In this document: positions 55,501-64,000 of the stretch, piece after piece
Layout: each line of letters starts with the position of its first letter
How positions within the stretch are numbered: the first letter of the stretch is position 1
DNA from: Candidatus Magasanikiibacteriota bacterium
GTDB lineage: Bacteria; Patescibacteriota; Patescibacteriia; Magasanikbacterales; UBA922
NCBI GenBank assembly: GCA_018650645.1
Contig: JABIFP010000005.1
Coordinates: 35,486-99,485 of the forward strand
Length of the DNA: 64,000 nt
Direction of reading: 5' to 3'
The notes under the pieces: model-generated
Told to the model about the DNA's origin: nothing
Databases searched by the model: none
The model's input: the letters and a program-made list of their open reading frames with translations, nothing else
Program-made: the position numbers and the translations under genes

Positions 55501-56567
55501 TTCTGCTTTGTTGGAAAGCGCTCCTGAATGAGCTTAAGCGTGGGGTGAAGCTCTGCTTGGTATAACGCTCGCTGTTGCTGACTCGCTTCTTGCATGCGCT
55601 GCTGGATTTCTGCATCACCAAGGATGGCTTCTTCCGTTCGCAAAATGCTCTGCCCAAATAGCTTTGGATCATCGGTGCTTTCTCGTTGAATAAGGGCATT
55701 TAGACGCTTGATGTATGCTTCACTGTTCGGAAGCTGCTCAAGTTGGTGTCTTACATGCAAAAAGTTATTAAGGAGGGCAAAATGGGCGCGTTCCATCTCT
55801 TCTGAAAATTTAGGGGCATCTGTATCAAAAAAACTACGCAAAGTATCGTGTATTTCTTGCAGAATTTTTTCTTTATCTTCTGAAGTCTCTGCAAGAATTG
55901 CCTCGATACCCGTATCCTGTAGTTTCTGCCAGAGTTCGCGGGCGGCAGGTGTCTGAACTTTCTGTAAACGACCCAAAAGGGCTTCATTTTGCTGTGCAAG
56001 GTGCTCTGCGTCAATAGCACCTTCTGGCGCAATAGGAGCCGGAGGATCAGTATCATCAGTCCTCAAAGTAGAAGATGCTTCTTGTGCCGGTTGTTGTGCT
56101 ACAGCAGCCTCTAAATCAGCCTTTAACTGTTGTAAATAGGGAATCGCATCTTTTGTGTCTTCTGGTACCGCTCGTGATCGGTCTTCAAATAGTCGTCTTG
56201 CTCCGCTATCAATTGCAGTAAGCAGGGTATTAACATCGCGGTGTAATGTGCTACTTTCCAAGACAAGCTCGGCGTCGGATTTCTGCTCAGGGACATCAGG
56301 TGTCTCTGCTGAAGCAGCCTCAATAGATGTTTGTGCGGCCACTAACTCTGCAGAAATATTTCTATACTCTGCTACAGCTGTCCGGGGATCGCTACTAATT
56401 TGAGATAATCGTCTTTTGATCATGCCAGCTTGCTGTGGATTCATTTGCATTTTTGCTATATCAAAAAGCCTGTCAGTATCAGCCTTAATCTGTGCAAGCT
56501 CTCTGGCTGCAGCGGCAAAACTCTTGTTTTCAGGTGAACGCGGCGGGTTACCGGTTGGCTCACTCAT
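52521..56567 (-). CDS. Large hypothetical protein (1348 aa), coiled-coil-rich N-terminal half, Pro/Ala/Glu-rich linker, C-terminal globular region
   Basis: Intact 4-kb ORF; no P-loop and no known catalytic motif recognised; one hydrophobic segment (LIKTLAWSIALSALM) near residue 930. Confidence 0.6.
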   Translation of the reverse strand: MSEPTGNPPRSPENKSFAAAARELAQIKADTDRLFDIAKMQMNPQQAGMIKRRLSQISSDPRTAVAEYRNISAELVAAQTSIEAASAETPDVPEQKSDAELVLESSTLHRDVNTLLTAIDSGARRLFEDRSRAVPEDTKDAIPYLQQLKADLEAAVAQQPAQEASSTLRTDDTDPPAPIAPEGAIDAEHLAQQNEALLGRLQKVQTPAARELWQKLQDTGIEAILAETSEDKEKILQEIHDTLRSFFDTDAPKFSEEMERAHFALLNNFLHVRHQLEQLPNSEAYIKRLNALIQRESTDDPKLFGQSILRTEEAILGDAEIQQRMQEASQQQRALYQAELHPTLKLIQERFPTKQKNHAEKIQQLYEQAFTLPNLFDRLAELRKIETENAFKWDSVFAPVLKGLSKQAEKYKTQAPDETRGNFDALQRDLEELQGKMRPSPDGSGEPWPLSMYTTKIVELSGILKQNMQYAEKVKVDIQHGIERVMKQAELAAGTKEWVNIQGPEDIPDLTQFVARIIFFEGSEQEETYVFAADTLAQARALIHQKGAELKEAGVLEEVPTRVMVSENLSTISTKSGKFGKFAEQVFHPIQEAENMPPLKGEYANVREGDTALLHSELEKLGWRVIAPDLQRSIERGTLVPGGLMPDTYITTATYKVGDEPPIRVAAVYSEAAVEAPSINVQGKTIQPHQSKMYRSYSVYDVKQSGTTKQHIQFEDIANPTPHEIALKDGEKEPLETFLMRKKWLRITPAVLTSWQRNVPQVSISSDTRRTRQFPTVWKFVHPTTHEVLLFTRESNQQNATNPLLGASQDIPASIWQDTLKGFDVTIYHSVIDPDSGAVHLEEETTVQASQTGITESALVIPDSLAHAIPEAHEAAATEADFVPTSPKKVEVHAESAPEKKQRGLIGRLFEKIKKKHGFLIKTLAWSIALSALMKQDSEPYRPADNAPRAAVTQMKRAETPKAPDAAKPTAADANVTTELPAGVPETAPQDAGVPEAAPIVNAAPGKDPLDALVPLEAELPPLDAATPETPAPLPVPEIVTDTDPLEPEPAAPVEVTEAKKEKSTKSYHEITVKKGEGIRLAAIKYLTREIVRLPDMTPKAAHEQAVDAVLHAVIMRRLEGKSELNDIRVLPGFEYSIYADIQKNGATSFEFIMPEERVDRLVEIAEEAESEQKAETEIEETQAEAETEVASLELREGESISVGDVTYYISPKTGKALRLVVFNIANGIVQFARPARPHSPWFAAKDSTVKARAFSAHGMEKHKQFLSKDIAENQGEVILTAGGNPIRCITEYIAEKTGLTKDQIRADITVDLLIAGVPHETMPGKIFRLKFDKIGEGGNASATVELL

Positions 56568-56871
56568 ATGGAAGATGTTAATTGTGTTTAGTATAGCAAA
56601 AAAAAAGTGTTTTGTCGTTTATCTTCTCGTTTTTATTAAAAAAACTGTGGAAAAGAAAAGTGCATGGTTAAGCACAATTTCAAATTATCCCATCTTGAAA
56701 TATAATTTGCTTTCTGATAGAATGATGCAAATCATCCGGTGGCGTATTATGCGCTATTGGTTGCCAGCAAAGCGCTATGCGGTATACTGTAAGAGAATAG
56801 AGATGCTGATGGATGGGGCATGTCGTACCCAAAGAGGATATTTATACCACCATATGTGGTAACAAGGAGAT

Positions 56872-57816
56872 ATGAACAAGCAATTACCCAAAGCAATAGT
56901 AATTTGCGGGCCAACGGCCTCAGGGAAAACTGATTGGAGTTTACGACTAGCAGAAGCGCATAACGGAGAAATTATTTCTGCTGATTCGCGGCAGGTGTAT
57001 AAAAAAATGAATATTGGAACGGCCAAGACGATTGGAGATTGGCAGTGGAGAGCAAGCTGGCGCGGATTGCGTCGCTCTTACGTGGTGAAAGATATTATTC
57101 ACCATTTAGTCGATTTTTTGGATCCGGGAAAGCGGTTTACCATGGCAGAGTTTAGAGATAAAGCAACGAAATACGCAAAATTAGCACATAAGAATAAACG
57201 GCTCCCAATGATTGTTGGGGGAACGGGGCTATATATTTCTTCTGTAGTAGATAATTTGCACATTCCGCGGGTTCCTGCGAATAACAAACTCAGAAATAGT
57301 TTAGAAACGAAGAGTAATGAAGAATTGATGCAGCTTTTAGGTGCACTTGATCCAATTGCGGCTGAAACGATTGATCAAAAAAACAAACGCCGCATTGTAC
57401 GAGCGTTAGAGGTGTGTATTTTAACCGGCGTTCCGTTTTCTGAACAAAAAAAGAAAGGGGAACAGGTGTTTGATTTTTTGGTGATTGGTGTGAAAGTAGA
57501 TAAGGAAGTATTGTATGAGCGGATTGATCAGCGAGTAGATAAAATGGTAGAGCGAGGTCTTGTGCAAGAGATTGAAGGGCTTATGAAGCAGCGCTATAGC
57601 TGGAATTTACCAAGCATGAGTGGTATTGGATACAAACAGTTTAAGCTCTACTTTGAAGGAAGTGCATCATTAGAAGAGGCGGTAGAAGCACTGAAGCGCG
57701 ATACTCGAAGATATGCACGCAGGCAGCTCACATGGTTTAAAAGAGACAAACGCATTGTATGGTGTGAATCATTTGAAGAAGCTGAGGCCGCAGTGCAAGC
57801 ATTTACGAAAAAGTAA
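56872..57816 (+). CDS. miaA: tRNA dimethylallyltransferase
   Basis: P-loop VICGPTASGKTDWSLRLAE followed by IISADSRQVYKKMNIGTAK, typical of MiaA. Confidence 0.85.
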   Translation: MNKQLPKAIVICGPTASGKTDWSLRLAEAHNGEIISADSRQVYKKMNIGTAKTIGDWQWRASWRGLRRSYVVKDIIHHLVDFLDPGKRFTMAEFRDKATKYAKLAHKNKRLPMIVGGTGLYISSVVDNLHIPRVPANNKLRNSLETKSNEELMQLLGALDPIAAETIDQKNKRRIVRALEVCILTGVPFSEQKKKGEQVFDFLVIGVKVDKEVLYERIDQRVDKMVERGLVQEIEGLMKQRYSWNLPSMSGIGYKQFKLYFEGSASLEEAVEALKRDTRRYARRQLTWFKRDKRIVWCESFEEAEAAVQAFTKK

Positions 57817-57857
57817 TTGAGTAGAAAAACAAAACATGATACGATACACGCATACTC

Positions 57858-58433
57858 ATGCGTGTATTTTGTATGCCTTTACCACTCTCACTTGGACAAT
57901 CCGGAGGCGCTTCTGTTGGCAGAGCGCAGAATTTTTCTACGTCAAAATTAATGCAGCATACACAAAGAGCACAGGCTACCACATCAATTGGAAGAGCAAT
58001 GAATCACACAATGAATAACAAACCAACCACATCGATTGCTCATCCAAGCGGGGCACCGGAAGGCGCGCAAACATCAGCACTCAGAAAAAAAGGAGATAAG
58101 CGTACAACATCATTAGGGCGCCCAGCAGAAGAAGCAAATGAAGAGAGAGAAAACAATCGATATGATTACATGATGCGCCAAAGAATGCGAAAAAAGCGTC
58201 ATGACAGGGCGGAAGCAAAACGCGGCTTTGGGAGAAAGCTTACCGGAGATGCGTCAAAAAAAAGCAAAAACTATATAAATAGAATGGTGGAGCGTCATGA
58301 AAAGAAACATGGACTTACTGTTGATGCCGATGCAAAGAAGATGATGAAGATGGAACTCAAGCGAGCCGGTAGAAGGGGAGACCTGAATACTAATGACCTT
58401 GGTGAAATGGAAAAAATGGTAGACAAATTATAA
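57858..58433 (+). CDS. Hypothetical highly basic (Lys/Arg-rich) protein
   Basis: ORF followed by a terminator; low-complexity basic composition; real start uncertain. Confidence 0.3.
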   Translation: MRVFCMPLPLSLGQSGGASVGRAQNFSTSKLMQHTQRAQATTSIGRAMNHTMNNKPTTSIAHPSGAPEGAQTSALRKKGDKRTTSLGRPAEEANEERENNRYDYMMRQRMRKKRHDRAEAKRGFGRKLTGDASKKSKNYINRMVERHEKKHGLTVDADAKKMMKMELKRAGRRGDLNTNDLGEMEKMVDKL

Positions 58434-58462
58434 AAAGAACGCAGTTGCCTGCGTTCTTTTTG
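58431..58462. terminator. Bidirectional rho-independent terminator (AGAACGCAG-ttgc-CTGCGTTCT followed by TTTTT)
   Basis: Perfect 9-bp stem between convergent genes. Confidence 0.75.
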
Positions 58463-58469
58463 GTTATTG

Positions 58470-60005
58470 TTATGAGAGTTGTTTTTTGAGCAGCTCTTCA
58501 AGCATGTTAGGATCACCGGTTCCTTCGGTGGCCTTCATTGCCATGCCGATTAAGAACTTGATAATTCCTTCTTTTCCGTTTTTATATTGCGCTACTTGAT
58601 CTGGGTAGTTCAGTATTACTTCTTCAACAACGCGTTGTAGTGCCGCGCTATCTTGCACTTGCCCATATCCTTTTTCTTCCATGATATGCGATGGGTCAAT
58701 GTTGGTGCCAGCAGCCAGCATATCTGCCAGTAGCTTTTGCGCATTTGTTGAATTGATTTTGCTGGTGTAAATAAGCGCAATAAACTCAGCAAAATTTTCT
58801 GGAGAGATTTTCACCTCTTTAATTGAATCAACGTGACTCAGGAGTTTATTAATAATCCATCCGCTGGTTAATTTGGCAGCGCGAGTTTTATGCTGCTCAG
58901 CAATCTCATCAGACGCACCCTTTACTTCCGGAAGCGAGTGCAGCCATTCAACTAATTCTGACATGACCTGCTCTGTAAATGCACCAAGGGCTTTTGTTGC
59001 GCCAAGAATATGCGCATCAGCAAAAGAAAATCCGTATTCTTCATGAAATCGAGCTCGTTTTGCCTGTGGCAATTCTCCAAGTGAAAATGTTCCTGCAATT
59101 TCAGCTGGGTGAAATGGTGGAATGTCTGGTTCTGGGAAATATCTGTAGTCTGCAGAGTTTTCTTTTTCTCTTTGCATGACGGTTTCTCCTTTGTCTTCAT
59201 CCCATCCGCGTGTTTGTTGAATCCACGGCTGTTCGTCTTCAATCATTTGCGTTTGCCGAGCAATTTCAAAGGCAATTCCACGTTCAACCGCTTTAAAACT
59301 ATTCAAATTTTTTAATTCGACTTTATTATTGAGGGTAACGCCAGGTCGTGGCACCACAAGGCCGTCAACAATATCAAAGCTATCAGTTTCTTGGACAGAA
59401 ATATTGGCTTCGCAGCGCATTTGTCCTTTTTCCATATCAGCGTCAGACACTTCAAGGAAGCGGAGCATGGTACGGAGCTCCTGGCAGTATAATTTTGCCT
59501 CAGCTCCTGACTGAAAATCAGGTCCAGTCACAATTTCTACCAGTGGCACACCAGATCGATTAAAATCAACCAGTGTTGAGCCATCCGTATCATGCAGTAG
59601 CTTTGCCGTATCCTCCTCTAAATGCGCCCTGGTGATCGAAATAGGCGCTTCAGGACGATGATTGTCTGTGAGCGTCATATCGAGCGTCATGGCACCGTTT
59701 TCGGCTACAGGCTCGTCGTATTGAGAGATCTGGTATCCTTTTGGCAGATCTGGGTAGAAATAGTGCTTTCTATCGAATTTTGAGAGTTCTCTAATACTGC
59801 AACCGAGTGCCTTTCCTATGCGGACAGTCTCAATAATGGCTTCTTTATTGGCAAGCGGCAGGGTTCCTGGGTGACCTAAACAAATATCACAAATATGTGT
59901 ATTTGGTGACGCTGCCGTAGGATTATTTACGCAGCGGCAAAACATTTTTGAGTTTGTGCCGAGTTCCACATGGACTTCCATGCCGATAATTGCAGTATAT
60001 GCCAT
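58470..60005 (-). CDS. gatB: Asp-tRNA(Asn)/Glu-tRNA(Gln) amidotransferase subunit B
   Basis: N-terminal MAYTAIIGMEVHVEL and the GatB/YqeY C-terminal domain. Confidence 0.9.
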   Translation of the reverse strand: MAYTAIIGMEVHVELGTNSKMFCRCVNNPTAASPNTHICDICLGHPGTLPLANKEAIIETVRIGKALGCSIRELSKFDRKHYFYPDLPKGYQISQYDEPVAENGAMTLDMTLTDNHRPEAPISITRAHLEEDTAKLLHDTDGSTLVDFNRSGVPLVEIVTGPDFQSGAEAKLYCQELRTMLRFLEVSDADMEKGQMRCEANISVQETDSFDIVDGLVVPRPGVTLNNKVELKNLNSFKAVERGIAFEIARQTQMIEDEQPWIQQTRGWDEDKGETVMQREKENSADYRYFPEPDIPPFHPAEIAGTFSLGELPQAKRARFHEEYGFSFADAHILGATKALGAFTEQVMSELVEWLHSLPEVKGASDEIAEQHKTRAAKLTSGWIINKLLSHVDSIKEVKISPENFAEFIALIYTSKINSTNAQKLLADMLAAGTNIDPSHIMEEKGYGQVQDSAALQRVVEEVILNYPDQVAQYKNGKEGIIKFLIGMAMKATEGTGDPNMLEELLKKQLS

Positions 60006-60087
60006 AAAGAGTTGTTATGAAGCCATTGTAACAAAGTGGCAAAAAAAAGCAACGCTATAGAGCGTTGCTTTTGATGTATGTAATGTA

Positions 60088-60909
60088 TTATTTTCGCTCT
60101 TGCAGATGCAAGTATAACAGGGTAAGAGCAGCAGAACTCAGCGGACTAATCAATAAAATCAGTAGTGCTGTCACAATATTGATACTCCATACAGCTGCTC
60201 CAATCGCGGCTGCTGCAATGCTTAACTCGGTAATAACTTTAATGAGCCAAATACCAAGTTTATCAATAAGGATCATTGGGGCCACAAAAGCCAAAGTTGG
60301 CGCTAAAATGAGCCAAAGGACTTCCCACCAGCGTCCATCAACTAATGATTTACTATATTTGAGAGATTCAACCACTTTTTTATTATCAAGCAAAATGGCA
60401 TGTGTTGTGAACGTGAGCCATACTGAGAAAATAATGGCAGGAACAACAAGGAGTAAGAATCCTCCACCAATAGCAAGACCGGTGAGGATTGATGCCAAGA
60501 TCACTGGCCACAAAAACTTTGCATTATATGTGAGGACTGTGCGAATAGGTTTTGCTGACCCTGCTTTTTTGATCGATGCTACCGCAGTAATCATTCCAAG
60601 AGAAATCCAGAGGCCAACCAAAGAGAATAGCGCTGCCAAGATGACAAACGGCAATCCTTTAATAAGTTGATCAAACGTGTCGACTGGTCCGATTAAAATA
60701 TCGGTAATAAGTGTGAGAATAGATACTCCGAGTAATGCTCCAATATATGGAACAAAGGCCTTTGCATTTTTTTTACAAAGATTCCAGGAATCTATAATAA
60801 TTTGCGATGCTGTCATAAATATACAATAAAAACTACGAGGCAAGTATACCAAGGATGCTGCTTCTTGGGTAGGTGTTAGGAAGAAAGAAGCGTAGAAAGT
60901 CTGTTCCAA
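60088..60909 (-). CDS. Polytopic membrane protein (paralog of 45248..46243)
   Basis: About 7 TM helices with the same architecture as the gene upstream of the PilB-like ATPase. Confidence 0.5.
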   Translation of the reverse strand: MEQTFYASFFLTPTQEAASLVYLPRSFYCIFMTASQIIIDSWNLCKKNAKAFVPYIGALLGVSILTLITDILIGPVDTFDQLIKGLPFVILAALFSLVGLWISLGMITAVASIKKAGSAKPIRTVLTYNAKFLWPVILASILTGLAIGGGFLLLVVPAIIFSVWLTFTTHAILLDNKKVVESLKYSKSLVDGRWWEVLWLILAPTLAFVAPMILIDKLGIWLIKVITELSIAAAAIGAAVWSINIVTALLILLISPLSSAALTLLYLHLQERK

Positions 60910-61484
60910 AGTTTATCGTGGATGTCGTCAATCGATTTGTTTGCATCAATTTCTTCCCAGCCATATTCTGCTGCAAGTTCATCATGCGTTTGTTTTACAA
61001 TGCGCATCAGTTCAGAATCTGTTTCAAATTTATGGTTTTGTTCTTGCGCTTCCATAAATCGATTTCCTACAAAATGAAATGCGATATCTTCTTTGCGGAG
61101 GTGACTGTTTGTTTCTTTTAAATACGATTGGTCTACGCCAGAACCTGTTCCCCAAGCGATTCCCGTTCCGGTATAATCTTCTGCAATAATATGTGTGCCT
61201 TCGGCAAGGTGCTTGTCTACGTCTGCCTGATACTGTGTTCTATTCAGAATGTAGAGGAGTTGCGCTTCTCTTGGCGAAAGCTTGTGTGGGTTGCCTTCTC
61301 TAAGATATGCATTCAGCTGTGGCCCGGAAGGCGCCAGATCATAAATAGGATACTTAATATACAGCGACGTTTCTCCTGCTTCGTTTAAGCGATCTACCAG
61401 TTTTTTTGCCTGCGTAGATTTTCCTAAGTTGTTAATGCCGTAGAAGACAATGAATTTTCCTTGTGCCATATTAATACAAGCCAA
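60876..61484 (-). CDS. tmk: Thymidylate kinase
   Basis: P-loop FIVFYGINNLGKSTQ plus the LID region; context with dut/folA/dCMP deaminase supports the call. Confidence 0.7.
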   Translation of the reverse strand: MACINMAQGKFIVFYGINNLGKSTQAKKLVDRLNEAGETSLYIKYPIYDLAPSGPQLNAYLREGNPHKLSPREAQLLYILNRTQYQADVDKHLAEGTHIIAEDYTGTGIAWGTGSGVDQSYLKETNSHLRKEDIAFHFVGNRFMEAQEQNHKFETDSELMRIVKQTHDELAAEYGWEEIDANKSIDDIHDKLWNRLSTLLSS

Positions 61485-61938
61485 TTATGTGTTTGAGAAC
61501 AGGAATATCATGTTCAATCCAAGTTCGTTCAAAAATCTGTGGGTCTGATAGATCAATCCATTCCATTGCTTGCCCTTCTTCTTGGAGAAGTTTTTTACTT
61601 GAGTCGAATTGTTCAACAAAAACATATTTTGTGACGTCTACTTGTTGCGACATTACTAGAAGTGGGGCAGTCAGTGTGTAATTCAATTCTTCCTGACATT
61701 CTCTCTTTACTGCTTCTTCTGGTGTCTCTCCTTCATCAATACCGCCGCCAAAAAATCCCCACTTTCCCGGAGATCGTTTTTGGTCCATTGATCTGTGTTG
61801 CACGAGTATCCGTTTTTTTTCGTCAAAAAGTAAAATAACGGCAACGCCAAATCGAATATTTTTTACGTCATCAAAGTCGCTCATAACTCGCAAATGAATA
61901 GTCTTCAAAATTTTCTCTAGCTGTCTCTTTCCACTCAT
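61471..61938 (-). CDS. Nudix hydrolase
   Basis: Nudix box GGGIDEGETPEEAVKRECQEELN. Confidence 0.75.
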   Translation of the reverse strand: MSGKRQLEKILKTIHLRVMSDFDDVKNIRFGVAVILLFDEKKRILVQHRSMDQKRSPGKWGFFGGGIDEGETPEEAVKRECQEELNYTLTAPLLVMSQQVDVTKYVFVEQFDSSKKLLQEEGQAMEWIDLSDPQIFERTWIEHDIPVLKHIIGLY

Positions 61939-62341
61939 CCCAGTTTACATCAGGAAAAAAGGTATCGCCATCTACATGTTTGTGAACATGCGTTACTTCT
62001 AGCTTGTCGGCAATGGGAAGCATCGCTTTGTAAATGCCGGCTCCTCCAAAACTGACAATTTCTTCATTTTTATGTGCCTCTATTGCCGCCTCTATAGAAT
62101 TGTAGACTTCTACACCCTTAGGAACATCATACGCTTCATTGCGGGTAATCACAATATTAGTACGATTTGGGAGAGGTCGGAATTTTTTTGGAATAGATTC
62201 CCAAGTGTTGCGACCCATGATGAGCACTTTACCAGTGGTAAATGCTTTTACGCGAGCCATGTCTTCTTTAATATGCCATGGCAGGCCGCCATCTTTTCCT
62301 ATACAGTTGTTTTCGCTCATTGCGACGATTAGTGAAATCAT
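61871..62341 (-). CDS. folA: Dihydrofolate reductase
   Basis: MISLIVAMSENNCIGKDGGLPW...LIMGRNTWESIP is the DHFR signature. Confidence 0.85.
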   Translation of the reverse strand: MISLIVAMSENNCIGKDGGLPWHIKEDMARVKAFTTGKVLIMGRNTWESIPKKFRPLPNRTNIVITRNEAYDVPKGVEVYNSIEAAIEAHKNEEIVSFGGAGIYKAMLPIADKLEVTHVHKHVDGDTFFPDVNWDEWKETARENFEDYSFASYERL

Positions 62342-62772
62342 AGAGTTCCAGTTGTTCCAAAGCCGCCACGGTTTTCATTATCCATTGAATCGACTTCGGT
62401 AAATGTTGCTTGCTCAATTTTGGTAAATACCGCTTGCGCAACGCGTTCTCCTTTTTTAATGAATTGCGATTCTTTTCCAAAGTTATATAAAAAGACAAAC
62501 AGTTCATCATCATCTCCACAGTAATCAGAATCAATAATGGCCACCGCATTTCTTTTGGTAAGGTTTCTTTTTGTTGCAGCACTAGATCTAATATACACTT
62601 TGAGTGCAAAATCTTTTGGAAAATCAATAACAAAGTTTGTTGGCAAAAGAAGTGACTCGCCTGCAGGAATTTCTGCATCAATCCTTGAATATAAATCAAA
62701 ACCAGCCGCGCCATCAGTTTTATATGCGGGCATTGGGAGGGAAGTGTCTATGCGTTTAACGCGTACCTGCAT
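62338..62772 (-). CDS. dut: dUTP diphosphatase
   Basis: Trimeric dUTPase motifs (AGFDLY, GxIDSDYCG, RGGFGTTG). Confidence 0.85.
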   Translation of the reverse strand: MQVRVKRIDTSLPMPAYKTDGAAGFDLYSRIDAEIPAGESLLLPTNFVIDFPKDFALKVYIRSSAATKRNLTKRNAVAIIDSDYCGDDDELFVFLYNFGKESQFIKKGERVAQAVFTKIEQATFTEVDSMDNENRGGFGTTGTL

Positions 62773-63772
62773 ATGTTTCTACCAGTTGATCGATTTGCGC
62801 ATAGAGTGCAGCAAAGTCGCCATTATTATGAATGTGTTCTGTTGCTTGTTCACTAAGCTTGCTGATGTTGAGTTCTGTTCCTCGTTTACTATCTTCCAAA
62901 AAGTCTTCAAACGATTTATTATCGTCAACATTTTCTCCGCGAGAGATGAGTCGATTGTAGCGCACCTTGGTGTCAGCATCAATACTTACCAGAACAAATT
63001 CCCCGGCATCTTTAATATGTGCAAAGTCGCCCTCGCGTCTAATTCCTTCTACTACCATAATGGATTGATCGAGTTGCTCAATATCAGCGCGCATGGTTTT
63101 AGACAGAATATCTTCACCAAACTGTTCGCAGAGCGCGAGGCATAATTCTTGCAGGGATTTACGTTTGTGCGGCTCATGCAAGCGGTCTAACACGTCTCGC
63201 AAAATATTTGAACTCCTATACACGCCTGCTCCGTATCGGCTTTCTAAATATGCTGCCGCTGCTCCTTTTCCACTTCCAATGTGCCCAACAATACCAAAGA
63301 TAATCCGTTTTTTGGCTTCTTTTGTAAAGGTATTGTGTGCGTCTTCCATCAAATAAACGTCACGGATGCCTGCAGCAATCATTTGTTGCCAACACGGTTC
63401 GCAGCACCACCAGTGACCCCATAAATAGATGTCGGCACCCTCTGCATCATGTTCTTTTTTTGCAGCGTCTTTGAGTGCGGCTGGTTCTGAATGATTTTTT
63501 GGATGACACCCCTCGCATAAATCATAACCCTGCCCAGTAGGGATGCCGAGTTCTTTTCGTTTGCATCCGTGGTTGTCGTGATAATCACTTCCGTTTGCTC
63601 CCATGCCAATAATTTTACCATTCTTCACCATGATAGATGCATTTGGGTAATGCTTATCGAGTGAATGCGTTTCTGCATACGCCTTTGCCATGGTCATGAA
63701 CGGATCCGAAAGTGGCGTGAACTTGAATGCACGGCCTTTTGGGATGTAGGGGTAGGCAATGTTAGCGAGCAT
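62756..63772 (-). CDS. Fusion protein: N-terminal dCMP deaminase domain plus C-terminal P-loop (nucleoside/nucleotide kinase-like) domain
   Basis: Zn-binding HSEPAALKDA...CEPCWQQMIAAGI (CMP/dCMP deaminase) followed by IIFGIVGHIGSGKGAAAAYLESRYG (Walker A). Confidence 0.7.
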   Translation of the reverse strand: MLANIAYPYIPKGRAFKFTPLSDPFMTMAKAYAETHSLDKHYPNASIMVKNGKIIGMGANGSDYHDNHGCKRKELGIPTGQGYDLCEGCHPKNHSEPAALKDAAKKEHDAEGADIYLWGHWWCCEPCWQQMIAAGIRDVYLMEDAHNTFTKEAKKRIIFGIVGHIGSGKGAAAAYLESRYGAGVYRSSNILRDVLDRLHEPHKRKSLQELCLALCEQFGEDILSKTMRADIEQLDQSIMVVEGIRREGDFAHIKDAGEFVLVSIDADTKVRYNRLISRGENVDDNKSFEDFLEDSKRGTELNISKLSEQATEHIHNNGDFAALYAQIDQLVETYAGTR

Positions 63773-63783
63773 GAAAATTCTAT

Positions 63784-64000
63784 TTATTTGGTGAACTTTT
63801 CGTGTGCATCTTCTAGCAGATATACTTGTTTAATGCCAGCCTTTTTCATTTCATTCCAGCACGGTTCGCAGCACCACCAGTGACCGTGTAAGTAGAGGTC
63901 GGCACCTGCCATTGCTTTGCCTGCTTCTGTTGTGGCGCGGATTGCGGTTGGTTCAGAATGGTTTTTTGGATGACACCCTTCGCAAAGTTCATATCCTTCT
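63784..64000 (-). CDS. dCMP deaminase paralog (stand-alone; N-terminal part lies beyond the window end)
   Basis: Minus-strand translation ...HGHWWCCEPCWNEMKKAGIKQVYLLEDAHEKFTK* is nearly identical to the deaminase domain of the neighbouring fusion gene; nucleotide identity is also visible (ccagcacggttcgcagcaccaccagtgacc). Confidence 0.65.
   Translation of the reverse strand, partial: EGYELCEGCHPKNHSEPTAIRATTEAGKAMAGADLYLHGHWWCCEPCWNEMKKAGIKQVYLLEDAHEKFTK

Noticed and set aside
56416-56862. 148-aa plus-strand ORF across the divergent promoter region upstream of miaA
   Set aside because: It overlaps the start of the 1348-aa gene on the other strand and the miaA leader. It has Cys/Ile-rich odd composition and no SD. 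It is likely spurious.
1-64000. CRISPR arrays, IS elements, integrases and rRNA
   Set aside because: A scan for regularly spaced direct repeats, transposase (DDE/HTH) ORFs, tyrosine or serine recombinase motifs and rRNA-like conserved stretches found none. The GC islands therefore cannot be called classical mobile elements from this window alone.

Overview
Low-GC (~40-45%) bacterial chromosomal window, densely coded, standard genetic code (long ORFs stay intact). Gene content looks Gram-positive-like or small-genome/CPR-like, but this cannot be decided from sequence alone. Left to right: a Ham1-family NTPase fragment, an SPFH protein, tRNA-His, then a minus-strand chemotaxis operon (MCP-CheW-CheC/X-CheY-CheB-CheA-CheC-CheD) with no CheR in the window. 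Next come a PAS histidine kinase/response regulator pair, an ECF sigma factor with an overlapping membrane partner, a His/Glu-rich secreted repeat protein and a UgtP/MGDG-synthase-like glycosyltransferase. The most striking region is a minus-strand array of 11 tandem paralogs of a signal-peptide plus two-TM 'TrbC/VirB2-like pilin' module (14.7-21.2 kb), with a 12th copy beyond a solute-binding-protein gene. Several paralogs carry divergent cysteine-rich extracellular extensions. After galU and the rpsF-ssb-rpsR operon there is a cell-surface cluster: a WxL-like protein, a DUF916-like anchored protein and a 770-aa Cys/Pro-rich CarboxypepD_reg-repeat protein. A 1-kb gene cassette sits between ~55-bp direct repeats that duplicate the 3' end of the large surface gene. 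Downstream are tkt, an ArsC/Spx-family gene, ruvB, nrdAB with tandem NrdR boxes, a Nudix gene, tRNA-Leu, an AI-2E permease, a PilB/GspE-like ATPase between membrane proteins, T-box-controlled thrS, a 415-aa plus 1348-aa pair of coiled-coil proteins with no recognisable domains, miaA, gatB, and a dTMP-synthesis cluster (tmk, Nudix, folA, dut, and two tandem dCMP deaminase paralogs, one fused to a P-loop kinase). Four short GC-rich micro-islands (~57-65% GC) lie in intergenic positions between 33.6 and 45.1 kb, each encoding small proteins with their own Shine-Dalgarno sites; two share an identical promoter-like 15-mer. No CRISPR array, transposase, integrase or rRNA was found.
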